Positions 35,666-45,425 of a DNA stretch of 64,000 bases are shown in pieces; positions within the stretch are counted from its first letter, which is position 1; each line of letters begins with the position of its first letter. This DNA comes from Bacteroidales bacterium (GTDB lineage Bacteria; Bacteroidota; Bacteroidia; Bacteroidales; Lentimicrobiaceae), in assembly GCA_024636955.1 (NCBI GenBank), contig JAGXGB010000026.1:42757-106756 (forward strand), in the 5' to 3' direction. Under the pieces are notes generated by a model. That model searched no databases, had not been told where the DNA came from, and saw only the letters and a list, made by a program, of their open reading frames with translations. Made by a program: the position numbers and the translations under genes.

Positions 35666-36469
35666 ATGATCAAACTTATTATTACTGACCTCGACGGAAC
35701 ACTCCTAAACGATGAAAAGAATCTTCCCGATGACTTTTGGCATATTGAGCAGGAGTTGAAGCAAATGGGCATAACCTTGGTCATTGCAAGTGGTAGGCAA
35801 TATTATACAATGGCTGATCAATTTAAGCCTATAATTGATGATGTTTATCTATTGGCAGAAAATGGGGCTCTTGTATTGAAGGGTACTGAGCAAATACATT
35901 GTAATCCACTTGATAAAGAAATTGCCAATACCCTGATCAAGAAAGGAAGGAAAGTATCCGGTGCCTGGCCTATATTGTGTGGAAGGGAATCAGCTTATGT
36001 TGAAGATAACCATGGCCCGTTGCTTGATGAGGCAAATAAATATTATAAGCGATTAGAGGTAGTGGATGATCTTACAAAAGTTGATGATTTGGTATTGAAA
36101 TTCACGATGTGTGACTTTGATGGCTCCCAGGAAAATAGTTTTAAGTACTTCGAAGATCTACAACATCTTTGCAAGGTTGCAGTTGCCGGGAAAATATGGT
36201 TGGATATGACCAACCTAACTACCTCAAAAGGCACCGCCTTAACAAAGATTATGGAGCATTGCGATATTTCACCTGATGAAGTAATGGCCTTCGGAGATTA
36301 TATGAATGATATGGATATGATTGAAGTTGCACATCATAGTTATGCAATGAAAAATTCACATCCAAGTATTATAGAAGCCGCTCGATTCATTACCACTCAC
36401 GATAATAATAATAGTGGTGTAACACATGAGCTACGTAAATATTTTAATCTGCCTTATTTGGGGAGATAA
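35666..36469 (+). CDS. Cof-type HAD-IIB phosphatase
   Basis: 267 aa with motif I IITDLDGTLL, motif II ASGR and motif IV FGDYMNDMDM. Confidence 0.85.
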   Translation: MIKLIITDLDGTLLNDEKNLPDDFWHIEQELKQMGITLVIASGRQYYTMADQFKPIIDDVYLLAENGALVLKGTEQIHCNPLDKEIANTLIKKGRKVSGAWPILCGRESAYVEDNHGPLLDEANKYYKRLEVVDDLTKVDDLVLKFTMCDFDGSQENSFKYFEDLQHLCKVAVAGKIWLDMTNLTTSKGTALTKIMEHCDISPDEVMAFGDYMNDMDMIEVAHHSYAMKNSHPSIIEAARFITTHDNNNSGVTHELRKYFNLPYLGR

Positions 36470-36522
36470 AGCTGAATGAGGTCTTTGCGTGGTTTTTGAG
36501 GTCTTTACTTTGAATTCCAGGG

Positions 36523-37710
36523 TTAGTTAGTACTTAAGGCTCTTATGGTAAGATAAGCCATTAAACCGGCACCTGTTTCAAGGCTGCTTTCATCAATATC
36601 AAATTTTGAGGTATGCAGGTTGTGGGTAATTCCACGTTTTTCATTTGCAGTGCCCAGTCTGTAAAAGCATGAGGGTACCAACTGTGAAAAGTAGGCAAAA
36701 TCTTCAGCAGTCATGCGCATCTCCAGATCTTCCACGTTCTCCTTACCCAAATAATCTATAGCGGCCTGGCGGGCATCTTCGGTTACTTTATCATCATTCA
36801 CTAAGAACGGATATCCACTGTCAATAAATACATCGCAAGTGCCTCCCATGCTTTCAGCAATACCAATTGCCATTCGCTTTATTCGTATATGGGCATCGGC
36901 TCTCCATTTCTCATCAAAAGTGCGGAGGGTTCCAGCAAGTTTAACTTCATCAGGAATAATATTAGTCCGACCCTCTGCAATAAATCGTCCAAATGAAAGT
37001 ACCGCCGGAATTGCCGGGGGTGCATTTCTACTAATAATCTGTTGAAGTGACACCAGAATATTTGCTGCAATCAGCACCGGATCAACATTTAAGTCACGAG
37101 TAGCAGCATGGCCTCCCCTGCCTTTTACAGTTAAATAAATTTCGTCGGTTGATGCCATGTACTTGCCCGATTTAAAGCCAACTTTACCGGCTTCGAGTGT
37201 TGGTAATACATGTTGTCCAAGCATAATATCAGGAGCCGGATTTTTAAGCACACCTTCCTTGATCATCATAGATGCTCCTCCCGGAAACTTTTCCTCCGAA
37301 GGTTGAAAGATGAGTTTAACTGTTCCTTCAAATTTATCTTTCATTTGTTGCAAGATGTATGCAGCTCCAAGTAGGCAGGTCATATGTGCATCATGTCCGC
37401 AGGCATGCATTACATCTGGCACAGTTGAACAGTATTCATTCCCGGAAGCTTCATTAATAGGCAATGCATCCATATCAGCACGTAATGCAACAGTGCGGCT
37501 GTCAGGATTTAAACCTTCAATTAATGCGATAATTCCATGCACAGCTATACCCTGGGTAAAACTAATATTGTACTCCTGAAGCTTTGAAACTATGAAAGCC
37601 GACGTTTTCTCTTCTTCCATTGAGAGCTCAGGGTTTCGGTGCAGATGACGCCGAATTTCGATCATTTTATTGGCCAGGGAAGCGGCAAGTTCTTTAATAT
37701 CCTGTATCAT
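36523..37710 (-). CDS. M20D-family amidohydrolase (N-acyl-amino-acid / hippurate hydrolase-like)
   Basis: 395 aa with the MHACGHDAH metal-binding block and a RADMDALP motif. Confidence 0.85.
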   Translation of the reverse strand: MIQDIKELAASLANKMIEIRRHLHRNPELSMEEEKTSAFIVSKLQEYNISFTQGIAVHGIIALIEGLNPDSRTVALRADMDALPINEASGNEYCSTVPDVMHACGHDAHMTCLLGAAYILQQMKDKFEGTVKLIFQPSEEKFPGGASMMIKEGVLKNPAPDIMLGQHVLPTLEAGKVGFKSGKYMASTDEIYLTVKGRGGHAATRDLNVDPVLIAANILVSLQQIISRNAPPAIPAVLSFGRFIAEGRTNIIPDEVKLAGTLRTFDEKWRADAHIRIKRMAIGIAESMGGTCDVFIDSGYPFLVNDDKVTEDARQAAIDYLGKENVEDLEMRMTAEDFAYFSQLVPSCFYRLGTANEKRGITHNLHTSKFDIDESSLETGAGLMAYLTIRALSTN

Positions 37711-37722
37711 GTGCTGAGAATT

Positions 37723-39546
37723 TTATTCAAACGTCTGCATGTCATGGAGTCGCTTATATGCGCCTTTCACCTCAAGGAGTTTACTATGCGTGCCCCGCTC
37801 AACAATCCTTCCCTGTTGCATAACAATAATCTCATCAGCAAACTGAACGGTTGACAGTCTATGGGCTATAACAATAGAGGTGCGGTCTTTCATCAAATTC
37901 ACAATAGCTTCCTGAACAAGTCTCTCTGATTCAGTGTCGAGCGCTGAAGTTGCTTCATCGAGTATAAGTATCGGCGGATTTTTAAGAACTGCTCTTGCAA
38001 TACTAAGCCTTTGACGCTGACCTCCTGACATCTTAATGCCCCTGTCGCCAATATTAGTTTGATAATTTTCAGGCATCTGCATAATGAACTCATGAGCATT
38101 GGCCACTTTGGCTGCTTCAATCACAGCTTCAAGGCTCACATTGTTCATTCCAAAAGCAATGTTATCTAAAACAGTGCCATTGAATAATATAGTTTCTTGT
38201 GACACAATGCCCATCAAACCCCTCAAATCATCAATTACAAGGTCATGGATGGGGATATTGTCAATGAAAATGCTGCCTTTTGTAACATCATAAAACCGGG
38301 GTAGCAGATCAACAAGAGTTGATTTACCACTTCCTGACGCACCAACAAGGGCAATTGCCTTTCCTTTAGCCACTGTTAAATTGATGTCTTTTAACACTTC
38401 ATCCTGCTGGTACTTAAAGCTTACATTGCGGTATTCAATTTTATCGGAAAATTCCTGAATACGTCTTGCATTTTCTTTTTGAGTGATTACTTCTTCTGCT
38501 TTGAGAATCTGCTCAATCCGCTCAACTGAAGCAGCCCCTTTTTGTACATTGTATGAGGCAGTACTAAGTGCTTTAATTGGGTTTATTATTTGAGAGAAGA
38601 TGGCAATATAAGAAATGAAAATAGCAGCATCCATACTTGAATCAGGGGACAGAATTAATCGGCCACCATACCAAATAACAAATACAGAAACCGCAATACC
38701 CATAAATTCACTTAATGGCGAAGCCAGATCGCGCTTTCTGTATAGCTTCACCATCAATCGATTATACTTGAAGTTGGTCTCTTTAAAATTTTGATCAGCC
38801 CATTCAATTGCATTAAAGGCTTTAATTATCCTTAATCCGCCGAGGGTTTCTTCAATTATGGAGAGGAGCTCTCCCATTTTACTTTGCCCTTTTGCAGAGG
38901 TGCGTTTTAAACTTCTGCCTATCTGCCCAATTAATAAACCACTAACCGGGAGTAATACCAGTACCATTAATGTAAGTTCATAATTCATCATAAATAGGGC
39001 AACCAGATAAGAGATGATAGTTATCGGGTCGCGAAACATCATTTCCAATGAACTCATAATTGACCATTCTACTTCCTGCACATCAGTAGTCATGCGGCTC
39101 ATGATGTCACCCTTACGCTTTTCACTATAAAATGACAGAGGAAGTATCAGAACCTGCTTATACATTGCATTGCGTATGTCGCGTACAACCCCATTCCTCA
39201 CCTCCGCTATGAAATACATTGCCAGGTATCTGAAGAGGTTTTTCAGGAAAAATACAACAACAATAACCCCACACACATATGCAAGTGTTGTAAGCTCACC
39301 GTACCTTTCTATCATTTGGCTGATCAAATAATAGAAATTTAATTTGAGCGACTCGAAAGTCATTTCAAGCGGGGGAGCTGAAGTTACGGTTGCTTCAAGT
39401 TTGAAGAGGATATTCAATACGGGTATGATAGCAGCAAACGAAACAAGAGAAAAGAAAACACCTATTATGTTGAAGATCACATTGAGTGATGCAAAACCCC
39501 AATAGGGAATTGCATATCTAAGAACTTTGAAAAGATTTTTCAACAT
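37723..39546 (-). CDS. ABC transporter permease/ATPase fusion, MsbA-like exporter
   Basis: 607 aa. Six-TM N-terminal domain plus an NBD (GASGSGKST, MSGGQRQRLSIARA, ILILDEATSALD). Confidence 0.85.
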   Translation of the reverse strand: MLKNLFKVLRYAIPYWGFASLNVIFNIIGVFFSLVSFAAIIPVLNILFKLEATVTSAPPLEMTFESLKLNFYYLISQMIERYGELTTLAYVCGVIVVVFFLKNLFRYLAMYFIAEVRNGVVRDIRNAMYKQVLILPLSFYSEKRKGDIMSRMTTDVQEVEWSIMSSLEMMFRDPITIISYLVALFMMNYELTLMVLVLLPVSGLLIGQIGRSLKRTSAKGQSKMGELLSIIEETLGGLRIIKAFNAIEWADQNFKETNFKYNRLMVKLYRKRDLASPLSEFMGIAVSVFVIWYGGRLILSPDSSMDAAIFISYIAIFSQIINPIKALSTASYNVQKGAASVERIEQILKAEEVITQKENARRIQEFSDKIEYRNVSFKYQQDEVLKDINLTVAKGKAIALVGASGSGKSTLVDLLPRFYDVTKGSIFIDNIPIHDLVIDDLRGLMGIVSQETILFNGTVLDNIAFGMNNVSLEAVIEAAKVANAHEFIMQMPENYQTNIGDRGIKMSGGQRQRLSIARAVLKNPPILILDEATSALDTESERLVQEAIVNLMKDRTSIVIAHRLSTVQFADEIIVMQQGRIVERGTHSKLLEVKGAYKRLHDMQTFE

Positions 39547-39581
39547 TACATTAGTGTTTTAAGCACACCCTCATAAAGCAA

Positions 39582-39589
39582 CAAAGATA
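39582..39589 (-). promoter_or_regulatory. Candidate -7 box (TAtcTTTG on the minus strand) for the MsbA-like/M20 operon
   Basis: The plus strand reads CAAAgaTA 36 nt upstream of start 39546. Confidence 0.4.
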
Positions 39590-39661
39590 AGGTGATTGCA
39601 TTAAATGAGAAAAGAAAATTATCTACCGTTATTGTAACTGGAATTAAGGCTTTAAATTGCT

Positions 39662-39669
39662 TATTTTTG
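39662..39669 (+). promoter_or_regulatory. Candidate -7 box TAttTTTG for rbfA
   Basis: Exact TAnnTTTG ending 4 nt before ATG 39674, on the divergent side from the MsbA-like promoter. Confidence 0.4.
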
Positions 39670-39673
39670 CGTA

Positions 39674-40012
39674 ATGGAATCAAAACGTCAACAAAAAATA
39701 TCCCGTCTGCTACAGAAGGATCTCGGAGAAATCTTAAGAATATTTGGTAGTGAACACCTACACGGTTATATGGTAACAGTTACAAAGGTTAACATATCAC
39801 CTGATATGTCACTAGCACGGGTGTACCTAAGCCTCTTTGGCCCTAAGGAAAAAGCCGAAGTTTTTAATACAATTAAACAACATAATAAAGATATACGCCA
39901 TCAGTTGGGCTTAAGAGTTAAAGGTCAATTACGCATCATTCCCGCGCTTGATTTTTATGTTGACGACTCACTGGATTATATAGAAAACATTGACAAGTTA
40001 CTGAATACATAA
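39674..40012 (+). CDS. rbfA: Ribosome-binding factor A
   Basis: 112 aa with an RQQKISRLLQKDLGEIL N-terminus and an LRIIPALDFYVDDS C-terminal block. Confidence 0.9.
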   Translation: MESKRQQKISRLLQKDLGEILRIFGSEHLHGYMVTVTKVNISPDMSLARVYLSLFGPKEKAEVFNTIKQHNKDIRHQLGLRVKGQLRIIPALDFYVDDSLDYIENIDKLLNT

Positions 40013-40015
40013 GCA

Positions 40016-41254
40016 TTGAATTTACCCTTCTACATAGCCTGGCGCTACCTGAAATCTAAGAAGTCGCATAATGTGATAAATATTATTTCAGGCATTTCTG
40101 TGGCCGGTATAACAATTGGCACTATGGCGCTTATTGTTGTCTTATCTGTGTTTAATGGCTTTGAAGGATTGGTAATATCACTGTTTAACACCTTTGATCC
40201 TCCTGTTAAAGTCACGCCCGCACAGGGCAAAACGTTTGATTCAAATGTGTTTCCCTGGGAACAGATTAAGAATATAGAAGGGGTTCGTGAAGCAACCGGA
40301 ATAGTTGAAGAGAAGGCACTATTGAAGTATGGCAGCAACCAATTCCTGGCTACCATAAAAGGGGTTGACGATAATTACATTACATGGACAGGGCTTGACA
40401 GCATGATGATTGATGGCAGTCTGATGCTTAAATTTAATGACCAACCTCTCGCAATTCCCGGTCAGGGCGTGGCTTATTACCTGGGCGTAGACCTTAACAG
40501 TTATGATGCAATGATTGAAGTTTTTGCTCCAAGCAGGACAAAAGCCGGTTATGTTAACCCCGAGTCAGCATTTAATCGTATTGATATCAGGCCATCGGGA
40601 GTATTTTCCGTACAACAGGACTTTGATACTAAGTACATGATAGTACCCCTAAGTTTTGCACGTGAACTCTTTGAATACGAAAACGAACTAACCTCAGTAG
40701 AAATAGCCATAACGAGAAATGCTAACATGGTTTCCGTGCAGGAAAAGCTTAAGGAAATACTTGGGAGTAGCTATGTTGTAAAGAATCGCTTTGAACAACA
40801 GGAAGTGCTGTACAAGGTGATGAAATCAGAAAAGTGGGCTATCTTTTTCATTCTTTCATTTATACTTCTTGTAGCTACTTTTAACATGATTGGTTCACTT
40901 TCCATGCTCATACTTGACAAGCGGAAGGACATACAAATTCTTTTCGCCCTTGGTGCAGATAATAAGTTAGTTAGGAAGATCTTTATGACCGAAGGAATCC
41001 TTGTAACACTAACAGGAGCTATTGCCGGCATTATACTTGGTACGCTTATACTCATCCTGCAACAAAAGTTTGGTCTTGTAAAGATTGGTGCTGAAGGAGG
41101 TTCTTTCCTGATATCCTCATATCCTGTTGACATGCATTGGAAAGACTATTTGTCAGTGTTTTTAGTTGTAGCAGGAATAGGTTTTTTTGCTACCCTGATT
41201 CCCGTTGCAGGGATTAAAAAAATAGGAAATCAGCAACCTGAAAGAGATGCATAA
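40016..41254 (+). CDS. LolE/FtsX-family lipoprotein-release-type permease
   Basis: 412 aa. N-terminus LPFYIAWRYLKSKK, a periplasmic domain and a C-terminal FtsX block. TTG start 3 nt after the rbfA stop. Confidence 0.8.
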   Translation: MNLPFYIAWRYLKSKKSHNVINIISGISVAGITIGTMALIVVLSVFNGFEGLVISLFNTFDPPVKVTPAQGKTFDSNVFPWEQIKNIEGVREATGIVEEKALLKYGSNQFLATIKGVDDNYITWTGLDSMMIDGSLMLKFNDQPLAIPGQGVAYYLGVDLNSYDAMIEVFAPSRTKAGYVNPESAFNRIDIRPSGVFSVQQDFDTKYMIVPLSFARELFEYENELTSVEIAITRNANMVSVQEKLKEILGSSYVVKNRFEQQEVLYKVMKSEKWAIFFILSFILLVATFNMIGSLSMLILDKRKDIQILFALGADNKLVRKIFMTEGILVTLTGAIAGIILGTLILILQQKFGLVKIGAEGGSFLISSYPVDMHWKDYLSVFLVVAGIGFFATLIPVAGIKKIGNQQPERDA

Positions 41255-41329
41255 CATAAGAGGGTTGCTATAGAAGCATCCCTTGTATAATATTCGTTTA
41301 ATAGTTTGATTATCAAGGTTAATATTTGT

Positions 41330-41337
41330 TAGTTTTG
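41330..41337 (+). promoter_or_regulatory. Candidate -7 box TAgtTTTG for the first C25 protease gene
   Basis: Exact TAnnTTTG 37 nt upstream of ATG 41374. Confidence 0.4.
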
Positions 41338-41373
41338 TAACAGATCAGGATTCTTCTATTAAAATTCTTCATT

Positions 41374-44300
41374 ATGAAAACATCACTACACTCATGTACT
41401 GCCTACAGTATGACAGTGCTAATTTTCATCTTATGTTTCATTATCCCTGCAACAGGGCAAGTAACTTTAAACAATTCACCAACCTCATTTTCTATTAAGG
41501 AATCGTCAATCAATGGACTCACCATCCATAACACTTTCTCTTCCTTCCACACACAAAATGTAAGAACTGAGGAAGGCTATTTCACTGAAATCAGTTCTGA
41601 AAGATATTCCTACACTCAGGAATCAGGCTTTCCTAAATTGCCGATGATGAGAAAATTAATCTCTATTCCAATTGGAGCAACTGTTCAGATAAATGTGGTT
41701 GCATCAGAGATAAGGGAGTTCAAGCTTAGTGATCTTGGAATAACCAATCAACTCATACCTGCCCAACCACCGGTTGCAAAAAGCAGTAAATCAAAACCTG
41801 ATTTTGTAATTAACCGTGAAGTCTACAACCAGAACAAATTCATTGGTGATGAACCTGCAAGTGTGGAAATTCTTGGATTGCTGAGAGATAAGAGATTGGC
41901 TAGAATAGACCTGGCTCCTGTACAATATAATCCTGTAACCGGAATCATTAAGGTGTATGTTAATATGGTGGTTGAAGTAAATTTTATTAATGGCGATTAT
42001 GAAGCTACTCTTGAATTAATGGAGAAGACAAGGTCATACTATTTCAACCTCGACCAGATGTTTGCTAACAGGTTGCCCATTGAACATACAAGGGAAAACA
42101 TTGTGCAATATCCGGTTACAATGGTAATTATATCTGATCCCATGTTTGAGGCTGCTTTACAACCATTAGTGGAGTGGAAAACTAAAAAAGGATTTAAAGT
42201 TATAGAAGGATATACTAATAATCCTAATGTTGGTACAACAACAACAAGTATCAAAAATTACCTTCAAAACCTATATGAATCAGGAACACCAACTGACCCA
42301 TCGCCTTCATTTGTATTATTCGTAGGAGACGTAGCCCAAATTCCTGCATTCAATACCGGCAGTCATGTCACTGACTTATACTATTGCGAATTTACAAATG
42401 ACTATTTGCCTGAGATGTATTATGGCAGGTTTTCAGCAAATAATCTCGATCAGTTACAACCACAGATTGATAAAACACTCATGTATGAGCAATATCTTTT
42501 CCCTAACCCTGCGTTTTTAGGTGAATGCGTAATGATAGCAGGGGTTGATGCAACATGGGCTCCGGTACATGCAAACGGGCAAATAAACTACGGCACAACA
42601 TATTACTTTAATCCTGATCATGGATTCCTGAGTCATACTTACCTTTACCCAGCCTCGGGGAGTGCATCAGCACAAATTATACAAAACGTAAGTGATGGAG
42701 TAGGCTTTGCCAATTATACAGCACATGGTAGTGCCAGCGGATGGGCTGATCCTTCATTTCAGATTAGTGATATTGCAGGCTTGCAGAATAACGGGGAATA
42801 TCCATTAATGATTGGTAATTGTTGTCAAACAAGCATGTATGGTACTAATTGCTTTGCCGAAGAGCTGCTCAGAGCACCCAATAAAGGAGCAATTGGTTAC
42901 ATAGGTGGATCAAATAATACCTATTGGGATGAAGATTTCTATTTTGGTGTAGGAGTAGGGCAAATTGTTGTAAATCCTACTTATGAAGGAACTACACTTG
43001 GTGAATATGACCGCTCTTTCCATGATCATGGGGAGCCGTTTGCAGATTGGTATACAACAATGGACCAGTTAATTTTTGCCGGTAACCTTGCTGTGATGGA
43101 GGGTTCCCCTTCTCAGGCAGAGTATTACTGGGAGATATATTGCCTAATGGGTGATCCTTCACTAACAGCATACATGGCGGTTCCTCCGGTAATGACTGTT
43201 AGTCATGAACCATTGATGCTTCTTAATACAAATGAATTTACTGTAACTGCAGCTCCATATGCTTATGTGGCAATTTCAAAGAACGGTATACTTCATGGTG
43301 CAGCTCTAGCCAATGAAGCAGGTGTGGCAGTTGTTAGCATAGATCCTATTACTGTTCCCGGAAATGCTGATGTGGTTGTTACTGCTCAAAATATGCAACC
43401 TCACATAGGTACCGTACTGGTTGCTTCGCCCGACGGTCCTTATATAATGCTTGATTCCTATTCAGTAAATGACCCTGCTGGTAACAATAATATGCAAGCT
43501 GATTACAATGAAGTATTCGGTTTTAATATTGGCCTTAAAAATGTTGGTGGTGCAGAAGCAACCAACCTTGTTGTGAATATTACAACTGATTCGCCATACC
43601 TTATGATTAGAGAGGATACGGAAGACTGGGAAAATATTCCGGCAGGAGCAATAGTAAACAATCCACTTGCATTTACTATAAGTGCAACTGACCTTATACC
43701 TGATCAGGTGACGGCAACTTTTACACTTACTATTACTGATAGCGCTGAAGTATGGGTATATCAATTCAATACAACCTTAAATTCACCTGTTCTATCAATA
43801 AATGAAGTCATAGTAGATGATTCACAGTCAGCCAACCCTAATGGCCGCATAGATGCCGGCGAAACAGTTATATATAGAGTGCCGGTTGATAATATTGGAC
43901 ATAGTGATGCACATAATGCAATGGTGTATTTATTCACTGACAGTGACCTGGCAACTATTAGTGAGAATGCTTATTATAATGGCGATGTTATTTGTGGTAC
44001 ACCTTCATATGCATTGTATGAGGTTGAGATTGCTGATTCTATACCAACGGGTAGTCTTATTACCTTCTTTTCCAGTTCAACTGCAGATCCATATTATGCA
44101 ACTAAAAAGTATGATATGGGCGTAGGACTAACTGTTGAGGACTTTGAAACGGGTGATTTTAGTTCATTTAACTGGATCAATGCAAGTACAAAGCCATGGG
44201 TTGTAACACAATTTGCTCATAATGGCGGGCTATTTGGTGCACGTTCAGGGGCTGTAGGTCCAAATGGAATAAGTGAATTGGAAGTTACTATGGATGTTGA

Positions 44301-45294
44301 AGTGAATGGTGTAATCACATTTGCCCGGAAAGTGTCATCCGAAAGTGGAGGTGATTTTCTAAAATTCTATATTGATGGAGTCGAGAAAGGATCGTGGTCA
44401 GGTGATGTTCCATGGGATTACGTCAACTATGCAGTTACTGCCGGGCAACGAACTTTTAAGTGGGCTTACAAGAAAAACCTGGTAAATACCAGTGGTATAG
44501 ATGCAGCATACATTGACGATATTATCTTTCCTGCACAGGTGTATGAAGTTCCTCCCACAGAGTTCATGGTATATCCATTCGCATATCCTGAAGCAGCTTG
44601 CTTTGAGCAGGACATAAATCTTTTCGCATTTGTTATCAATAATGTAGAAGCTGTTGAATACCAGTGGGATCCTGATGGAGTTTTAAATAACGGGACTATA
44701 TACAACCCGGTAGCTATCTTAACTGAACCAACAGGCTTCACAATTAATGCAATTTCAGGTGCACAAGTTAATCAAGGAACGCTAATGGTTGAAGTTAATG
44801 CTATTCCAAATGCTCCGGTAATCACTCAGCAAGGAGCATTACTTTTGTCAGATGCATCGGAAGGTAATCAATGGTATAATAGACATGGCCCTATTGAAGG
44901 AGCAACCAGTCAGACTTATGAACCGGTAACTACTGACTTTTATCATGCCACAGTAAGATCTTCCGAAGGTTGCGAGTCGGAGACTTCAAATGAAATTTAT
45001 GTAGGTTTCGTGAACACAATAGATAAGGCATTAGAGTCTACATTTAATGTGTATCCTAATCCTTTTATTGATAAACTGTCTGTTGAATTCACATTAAAAG
45101 CTGAATCAGGGATAAAGATCAGCCTTCTTAGCCTATTAGGCAGTGAAATGGCTGTGATTTACAACTCTGCTTCAACAAACGCCGGGGAACATAAATTGGA
45201 ATTTATTCCAAAAAATCTTAAAGGTGGCGTTTACTTTATTAAATTTGAAGCCGGTGAAACTGTGAAATTGAGAAAGCTTATAATGTTGAATTGA
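41374..45294 (+). CDS. Gingipain-family (peptidase C25) multidomain protease, T9SS cargo (C25-1)
   Basis: 1306 aa. Signal peptide, then a propeptide-like block (RIDLAPVQYNPVTGIIKVYVNMVVEV). Putative catalytic His in NYTAHGSASGW and Cys in IGNCCQTSMYG. A long accessory region follows, ending in the C-terminal sorting domain. Confidence 0.8.
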   Translation: MKTSLHSCTAYSMTVLIFILCFIIPATGQVTLNNSPTSFSIKESSINGLTIHNTFSSFHTQNVRTEEGYFTEISSERYSYTQESGFPKLPMMRKLISIPIGATVQINVVASEIREFKLSDLGITNQLIPAQPPVAKSSKSKPDFVINREVYNQNKFIGDEPASVEILGLLRDKRLARIDLAPVQYNPVTGIIKVYVNMVVEVNFINGDYEATLELMEKTRSYYFNLDQMFANRLPIEHTRENIVQYPVTMVIISDPMFEAALQPLVEWKTKKGFKVIEGYTNNPNVGTTTTSIKNYLQNLYESGTPTDPSPSFVLFVGDVAQIPAFNTGSHVTDLYYCEFTNDYLPEMYYGRFSANNLDQLQPQIDKTLMYEQYLFPNPAFLGECVMIAGVDATWAPVHANGQINYGTTYYFNPDHGFLSHTYLYPASGSASAQIIQNVSDGVGFANYTAHGSASGWADPSFQISDIAGLQNNGEYPLMIGNCCQTSMYGTNCFAEELLRAPNKGAIGYIGGSNNTYWDEDFYFGVGVGQIVVNPTYEGTTLGEYDRSFHDHGEPFADWYTTMDQLIFAGNLAVMEGSPSQAEYYWEIYCLMGDPSLTAYMAVPPVMTVSHEPLMLLNTNEFTVTAAPYAYVAISKNGILHGAALANEAGVAVVSIDPITVPGNADVVVTAQNMQPHIGTVLVASPDGPYIMLDSYSVNDPAGNNNMQADYNEVFGFNIGLKNVGGAEATNLVVNITTDSPYLMIREDTEDWENIPAGAIVNNPLAFTISATDLIPDQVTATFTLTITDSAEVWVYQFNTTLNSPVLSINEVIVDDSQSANPNGRIDAGETVIYRVPVDNIGHSDAHNAMVYLFTDSDLATISENAYYNGDVICGTPSYALYEVEIADSIPTGSLITFFSSSTADPYYATKKYDMGVGLTVEDFETGDFSSFNWINASTKPWVVTQFAHNGGLFGARSGAVGPNGISELEVTMDVEVNGVITFARKVSSESGGDFLKFYIDGVEKGSWSGDVPWDYVNYAVTAGQRTFKWAYKKNLVNTSGIDAAYIDDIIFPAQVYEVPPTEFMVYPFAYPEAACFEQDINLFAFVINNVEAVEYQWDPDGVLNNGTIYNPVAILTEPTGFTINAISGAQVNQGTLMVEVNAIPNAPVITQQGALLLSDASEGNQWYNRHGPIEGATSQTYEPVTTDFYHATVRSSEGCESETSNEIYVGFVNTIDKALESTFNVYPNPFIDKLSVEFTLKAESGIKISLLSLLGSEMAVIYNSASTNAGEHKLEFIPKNLKGGVYFIKFEAGETVKLRKLIMLN
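45040..45291 (+). other. T9SS C-terminal sorting domain (type A CTD) of C25-1
   Basis: The last 84 aa are TFNVYPNPFIDKLSVEF...GVYFIKFEAGETVKLRKLIMLN, which fits the YPNP...GVYF...KL pattern of Por secretion tails. Confidence 0.8.
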
Positions 45295-45425
45295 TTTTTA
45301 TTTAGTGGAAACCATTGATTCCGAAACTTATAGGTAAGCAAATCAAACCATGGGGTTTGTGCATACCTGCAAGTTTAATGATCATTATGTCCCTTTTTGA
45401 TTTAGATAACAATAAACACACAACG

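Noticed and set aside
36477-36506. A 10-bp direct repeat TGAGGTCTTT occurring twice, 20 bp apart, between the convergent Cof phosphatase and M20 genes.
   Set aside because: It is short, has only two copies and has no associated structure. It is compatible with chance in a small intergenic region.
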